A stretch of DNA of 64,000 nt from Candidatus Zhuqueibacterota bacterium (lineage in GTDB: Bacteria; Zhuqueibacterota; Zhuqueibacteria; Thermofontimicrobiales; Thermofontimicrobiaceae), in contig JBMOPW010000034.1 in assembly GCA_049322915.1 (NCBI GenBank), positions 32,001-96,000 on the forward strand. The letters are read 5' to 3'. Shown here in pieces: positions 60,101 to 64,000 of this stretch (positions within the stretch are counted from its first letter, which is position 1; the number at the start of each line of letters is the position of its first letter). Position numbers and translations under genes: made by a program. Under the pieces are notes generated by a model. That model saw nothing but the letters and a program-made list of their open reading frames with translations. It was not told the origin of the DNA and did not search any database.

Positions 60101-60862
60101 TGTGGTCTTCTCTGCACCATACTTCAAAATGAGCGAATCGAAAGTATTTTCTGCTTCCTGCAAATTGCCCTGAAGGAAATGCACGTTTCCTAATAAAAGA
60201 AGCGCCCTCGCATTGAACTCACCTTTCTCCGTTGTTCCGAGCAATTTATCAATTTGAATTTTAGCAAGGTCGTATTTTTCATCAGCAATATAGACTTCAA
60301 TCAATTGCGTTTGTGCCTCATGGTACAGGCTGCTTTTCGGATAGACTTCAAGAAACTCCAGAAGTATCTGAGTCGCTTTCTCGAATTTTTTGTCCTGCGA
60401 ATACATCTGGGCGGATGAGAGCAAGGACTGTTGTGCGAGGTTGCTTGCCGGATAAAATATTTGAACCTGCCGAAATGCCTTTCCCGCTTTGGCGTAGTCG
60501 CCAGTGAGCTTGAAACACTCTGCGATTTTGAATTGCGCCTGATCGAGATTCTGGGCATCAGGAAACTGGATCATCAGGTAAGAAAATTCTTTTTGCGCTT
60601 TTTGATAATCGCCGCTTTTAAAATAGCTCAAGCCAGCCATGAACAGCGCTTCGGATGCTTTTGGATGGTTGGGATTTTCAGCAGCAAATAGATGAAATTG
60701 CTCTGCGGAGAGATTATACATTTCATCATCATACAATTTCTTCGCATAAATATAAGAAACACCTTCATCGCCAGTTTGTGCAAAACTAAAATATGGGAGC
60801 ATGACCACAATGCAAAACAGGAATATTATTCCTGACGTGTCAATTATGTTTTTTGTACTCAT
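57119..60862 (-). CDS. Large exported TPR protein (YbgF/BamD-type repeats)
   Basis: Signal peptide ..FSFA-Q; many TPRs with YP.S turns. Confidence 0.85.
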   Translation of the reverse strand: MSTKNIIDTSGIIFLFCIVVMLPYFSFAQTGDEGVSYIYAKKLYDDEMYNLSAEQFHLFAAENPNHPKASEALFMAGLSYFKSGDYQKAQKEFSYLMIQFPDAQNLDQAQFKIAECFKLTGDYAKAGKAFRQVQIFYPASNLAQQSLLSSAQMYSQDKKFEKATQILLEFLEVYPKSSLYHEAQTQLIEVYIADEKYDLAKIQIDKLLGTTEKGEFNARALLLLGNVHFLQGNLQEAENTFDSLILKYGAEKTTKYSNTLSHAYLKMGEILHRKGLYGKSNENLHKISQFKDDLKGMMLSAENYTMLTNYTEAINLYNEMVAKSDTLNRLKIYFKMGVNYNYLNDYSKAIDSYLKVFDNYYAQVDSESHSLHAQAYLRISNDFLKINQPQSAASYLKNYVEMYKGKRGVDEFEFKIGYLYETKLNDIERAIRIYYDFIDLYPMSVFVDDARYAIARCHEKNGHYSQALNDYRTFLQLYPASDLWNMAISRIEYISDFIPTNGETTKAFSDLLAALPNNKNPEFLFQLAVMNYSQFKDYKTCIRLFSECNSLDSTRKLNQEELHYYWARSYQLFGLKDIENNEQYLDSARTKFNFLAESYSASSWNVKARYHLIEIFETTAHFKDSLYSQNKKLMLRSYLQDFPESAFREEINFELGNLLLHDGLKSSVDSMEIYNYFESVLINSTNSSLKDDAAFSQAMMFLQMGNSSTAEKKLESFISTYPGSHRICEVRFELAKIHEKKGDLAESRRVLEEILSRHFYSSYADSARLKIGALLQTEKKYSEALEYFNSIYLKFLKPENIGDDTLKNNSLFQNSMVEIAECYINLEKKDLARDYLQQYLHHFPNGQFADEVLYSLATTYSTLRAQERDKAIDYLLRLEKNFPQSHLMPAAAHNIADLYFEAGKYEQAIGYYEKEQSLHANGKEKQAIISAQLIICHYRLGQIQVGDQLFKTFRSNYKDEENLLSDIELEKGDYFLTNKIFDQAEEIFKNVRSKYKTLENGAKAEYLLGKLYFILNKDHEALEILTKMMSKYPNDPILPNVYITLGNFYYFQARQVENAMLAYRTVVDFPKIDDSTLKLGMHNLIKCYTDLGLRDQAIVLIRRYINLYPEADDVFEKKVRMGIILSEINEFDQAIQLFQNLKLEADLENEPRIQFWIGECYFEKGQYLKAISEYLKIVYLSRPTKLLPQYRVTAQYKAGLAYLKLSQPENGRQLFEKIVQEQGAESVFGKPALEKIQEIDRLLVNKN

Positions 60863-63066
60863 CAAAGGATCTCCAATTTACAAAACTTGAGCATCACTTT
60901 TTTCTCACCAACATCTTCAAAAATAATGTAGGCCTTTAGCTCGTTGCCTTCGCCTTCAATGGACTTAACCACACCTTTTCCAAAATGCGGGTGTCTTACT
61001 AAAATGCCGGGACGAACATCCCCCGAATGCCTGGTCTCATTAAGTTCCGAGGCAAATTTTATCACTTTCCTGGGTTTAAAGGTTCGACTTCTTGTCTGAG
61101 CAAAGTCCTGGTTGCTGACCGCTTCTCTCTCGATTAATTCTTTGTCAATTTCATGGAGAAATCTGGAAAGAGCGCCACTGGAATTCTCTCCATATCTATT
61201 TCTTGAAAAAGCCGCTGTTAGATACAACTTTTCTTTTGCGCGAGTAGCGCCAACGTAGAATAACCGCCGCTCTTCTTCGATATCATCGTCGTTGCTTAAC
61301 TGTCGCGATAGCGGAAAAAGGCCTTCTTCCATTCCGGAAATGAAAACAACTGGAAACTCCAGGCCTTTCGCGCTGTGCAAAGTGAGCAGTGAGACTGAAT
61401 TTTTCGCTGACTCCCAATTATCAACATCGCTGATAAGCGCGACATTTTCAAGGTAATGTTCGAGGTTCAGATGAGGATTGTTTTCAACAAAATCATTTAT
61501 TGCAGCAATGAGTTCGCGGATATTTTCAATTCTGCTTTTGGCTTCAATCGTTCCTTCATCACGCAGCGTGGCAATGATGCCCAATTCATCAACCATAGCT
61601 GCAATCAATTCCCCAACTTCAATGCTACTTTTCAGCTTGTCGTACTTCTTCATAAAGTCAACGAATTGTAGAATAGCCTGCTGAGTACGGCTGGTGATTC
61701 CATCAATCTCTTTGATACTCTCCAGACCGGTAAAAAACGAAATTCCATGAAGTGAACAATATCGATCTATTTTTTTTATCGTAGCATCGCCGATTCCCCG
61801 CGCCGGGTAGTTGATAATCCGTTTAATGCTAATGCTATCAGACGGGTTGACCAGAACCCTCAAATACGCCAGCACATCTTTTATTTCTTTTCGTTCGTAA
61901 AACCGAACCCCTCCAACGACGACATAGGAAATCCCTTTCAATTGAAAGGCTTCTTCCAGAGCACGGGATTGAGCATTCGTCCGGTATAAAATTGCAAAAT
62001 CACAGAAGTTGCGTTGATTCTGATGGATCTCATATTCAATGCGCCGAATTATTTCGTGCGCCTCTCCGGTCGCATCTCTGGCAATGAATAGGCCAACTTT
62101 TTCGCCTGTTCCATTTTTCGTCCAGAGCTGCTTTTCCATGCGATTCACATTGTGCTGGATGATTGAATGCGCAATTGCCAGTATGGTACTTGTCGACCTA
62201 TAGTTTTGTTCCATCCTGAAAATGGTGCAATCAGGGAAATCGCTTTCAAAATCCAGAATGTTCTTTACTTCAGCGCCTCTCCAGCGATAAATTGACTGAT
62301 CATCATCCCCAACCACCGAGATATTTCGATGCTCACGGCTGAGCAGTTTGATGAGTTCGTATTGCGCACGATTGGTATCCTGATATTCATCAACGAGAAT
62401 ATATTGGAAGTGCTTTTGGTAATATTGCAGGACTAACGGAAAATTCACAAACAATTCAATCGACCGAAGCAGCAGGTCTTCAAAATCCATAGCATTGTTT
62501 TGAAGCATCTGCCGGACATACTCTTTGTACACCGCCAGGATAAGACCATCCTCATAATCTTCAGGATTGCCCATTAAAGAGGGATTGTTCAAGTTAGCGT
62601 TTTTGTATTGTTTAATTCGCGATTTCACTTTTTGGGGCGAGATAGCCTTCATATCAGGAACTGAGGAATCCGCGATAATTGTTTTGATAAGCGTCAGTTG
62701 ATCCGCTTCATCGTAGATGACAAAATTTTGCTGGTAGCCAAGCTTCTCACATTCGCGACGAAGAATTCTGGCGAAGATGGAGTGAAAGGTGCCAATCCAC
62801 ATTTCCGCCAATTCATCTTTTAGAAGCGCTTCCACCCTCTCTTTCATCTCGCGGGCAGCTTTATTCGTGAAAGTCATGGCCAGGATGCGGTACGCCGGAA
62901 TCGCTTTACGTTTGATGAGATAGGCTATTTTGTGGGTCAATACCCGTGTCTTACCACTGCCAGCACCAGCAAGAATGAGATTGGGTCCGTCACTTTTTTC
63001 TACCGCCTGACGCTGGACAGAATTAAGATTTCGCAGCATGGAGAGATCAGTCTCTTTGTGACTCAT
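60862..63066 (-). CDS. pcrA: UvrD/PcrA ATP-dependent DNA helicase
   Basis: AGAGSGKT, TFTNKAA, DEYQD, GDDDQSIY, TLHSAKGLEF, EERRLFYV, C-terminal Tudor-like HPHFGKG; exact start uncertain. Confidence 0.96.
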   Translation of the reverse strand: MSHKETDLSMLRNLNSVQRQAVEKSDGPNLILAGAGSGKTRVLTHKIAYLIKRKAIPAYRILAMTFTNKAAREMKERVEALLKDELAEMWIGTFHSIFARILRRECEKLGYQQNFVIYDEADQLTLIKTIIADSSVPDMKAISPQKVKSRIKQYKNANLNNPSLMGNPEDYEDGLILAVYKEYVRQMLQNNAMDFEDLLLRSIELFVNFPLVLQYYQKHFQYILVDEYQDTNRAQYELIKLLSREHRNISVVGDDDQSIYRWRGAEVKNILDFESDFPDCTIFRMEQNYRSTSTILAIAHSIIQHNVNRMEKQLWTKNGTGEKVGLFIARDATGEAHEIIRRIEYEIHQNQRNFCDFAILYRTNAQSRALEEAFQLKGISYVVVGGVRFYERKEIKDVLAYLRVLVNPSDSISIKRIINYPARGIGDATIKKIDRYCSLHGISFFTGLESIKEIDGITSRTQQAILQFVDFMKKYDKLKSSIEVGELIAAMVDELGIIATLRDEGTIEAKSRIENIRELIAAINDFVENNPHLNLEHYLENVALISDVDNWESAKNSVSLLTLHSAKGLEFPVVFISGMEEGLFPLSRQLSNDDDIEEERRLFYVGATRAKEKLYLTAAFSRNRYGENSSGALSRFLHEIDKELIEREAVSNQDFAQTRSRTFKPRKVIKFASELNETRHSGDVRPGILVRHPHFGKGVVKSIEGEGNELKAYIIFEDVGEKKVMLKFCKLEIL

Positions 63067-64000
63067 CAAGTTTTTTCTTTCGATTAATCAAAGTGCGATA
63101 GGCATCGAATTTACTTTTTGCATTGAGATGTTCGTTCAACGTTTTGCTGAAGATATGTGTCCCGTCTCCTTTGGCGACGAAAAATATATAATTGACCGCT
63201 GCCGGGTTTAGGGCAGCGAGAATTGATTTGATTCCTGGATTGTTGACCGGCCCGGGCGGCAGACCAATATAACGGTATGTGTTGTAAGGCGAGTCGATGA
63301 CGAGGTCTTTATTCAGCAACCGCCTCGGCCCATCGGGAATGATGTACTGAATCGTCGGATCGGCCTGTAACAAGATGCCGTTTTTCAAGCGGTTGTGGTA
63401 AACCGCCGATACAATCGCTCGCTCGGAATCCACCATTGCTTCGCCTTCGATGATCGAAGCCAACGTGACGATCTGGTGCAACGTCCACCCTTTTTCGGAG
63501 ATTAGATTTTCCAGCGAATCAGGAACATTTCTCCGGAATTCATGTACCAGCGTGGCGATGATTTCTTTTGCTGAAATGCCCCACGGGAAAAAGTAGGTAT
63601 TCGGGAATAGGTATCCCTCCAACGAATTGGCTTCAACTCCAAAATTTGTGATGATCTCTTGATTGGTGGTCAAACGGATGAACTGTGTCGAATCGATCTC
63701 CAGATTTCGAGCCAGAATCGATGCAATTTGAAATGAAGTTGATCCTTCAGGTATAACAATCCGGGAGTTCGATATTTTGCCCTGACTGATGATTTTCAAT
63801 ACGTTGTAAACAGAAAGCCTCGGCGAGATGGCATATCGACCGGCCTTCAAATGGGATGACTTTTGAAATAGCTTAGCGGCCAATACAAAATCATCCCCAT
63901 TACGAACGATTTTTAGCCTCTGGAGTTCGTTGGCAATCTGTCTCACCGAGGTCCCAGGCTTGATCTTCACTTCGATTTCATGAGTTGTTATGGCGCATTT
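63047..64000 (-). CDS. mltG: Endolytic transglycosylase MltG (5' end outside window)
   Basis: LEGYLFPNTY, LASIIEGE, LQADPT, SPYNTY, GLPPGP. Confidence 0.95.
   Translation of the reverse strand, partial: KCAITTHEIEVKIKPGTSVRQIANELQRLKIVRNGDDFVLAAKLFQKSSHLKAGRYAISPRLSVYNVLKIISQGKISNSRIVIPEGSTSFQIASILARNLEIDSTQFIRLTTNQEIITNFGVEANSLEGYLFPNTYFFPWGISAKEIIATLVHEFRRNVPDSLENLISEKGWTLHQIVTLASIIEGEAMVDSERAIVSAVYHNRLKNGILLQADPTIQYIIPDGPRRLLNKDLVIDSPYNTYRYIGLPPGPVNNPGIKSILAALNPAAVNYIFFVAKGDGTHIFSKTLNEHLNAKSKFDAYRTLINRKKKLDESQRD

Overview
A 64-kb bacterial chromosomal segment. An FCB-group lineage such as KSB1/Calditrichota is inferred from a FlgD-Ig/T9SS-type C-terminal sorting tail and TATATTTG-like promoters; this is not proven. 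The left part is visibly more GC-rich. It holds mlaD, an orphan phosphoglycosyl transferase, a Mn/Fe/Zn ABC importer whose two permeases each carry a DtxR-like domain, a P2A-type ATPase preceded by a divergent yybP-ykoY-like leader, bactofilin, an M29-like aminopeptidase, a PAP2 protein and an ATP-type PEP carboxykinase. Divergent from PEPCK are flotillin and an aspartate aminotransferase fused to a degenerate PEPCK/HPrK-like P-loop domain. Next come pcm, tRNA-Pro, a B12 radical SAM protein, a lipoprotein-form RidA, an M23 peptidase, P5C dehydrogenase, a P-loop kinase/dCMP deaminase fusion, an FAD oxidoreductase with a methyltransferase, and ypfJ. The centre (33-46 kb) is a five-gene envelope operon: TPR-CsgG lipoprotein, non-catalytic FGE/SUMF1-fold protein, 2821-aa surface protein with 14 Ig-like repeats, beta-barrel, and CsgG-TPR. 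It is followed by a small Cys-rich gene preceded by tandem NrdR-like boxes. The right part is visibly more AT-rich core genome: tRNA-Gly/Cys/Leu/Val, thrS-infC(ATT start)-rpmI-rplT, zapB-like, zapA, a 6S-like RNA, rny, ymdB, folD, tRNA-Arg, TPR proteins, nadC, pcrA and a partial mltG. No CRISPR array, transposase, integrase or rRNA was seen. All calls come from reading motifs by eye; no database searches were run.
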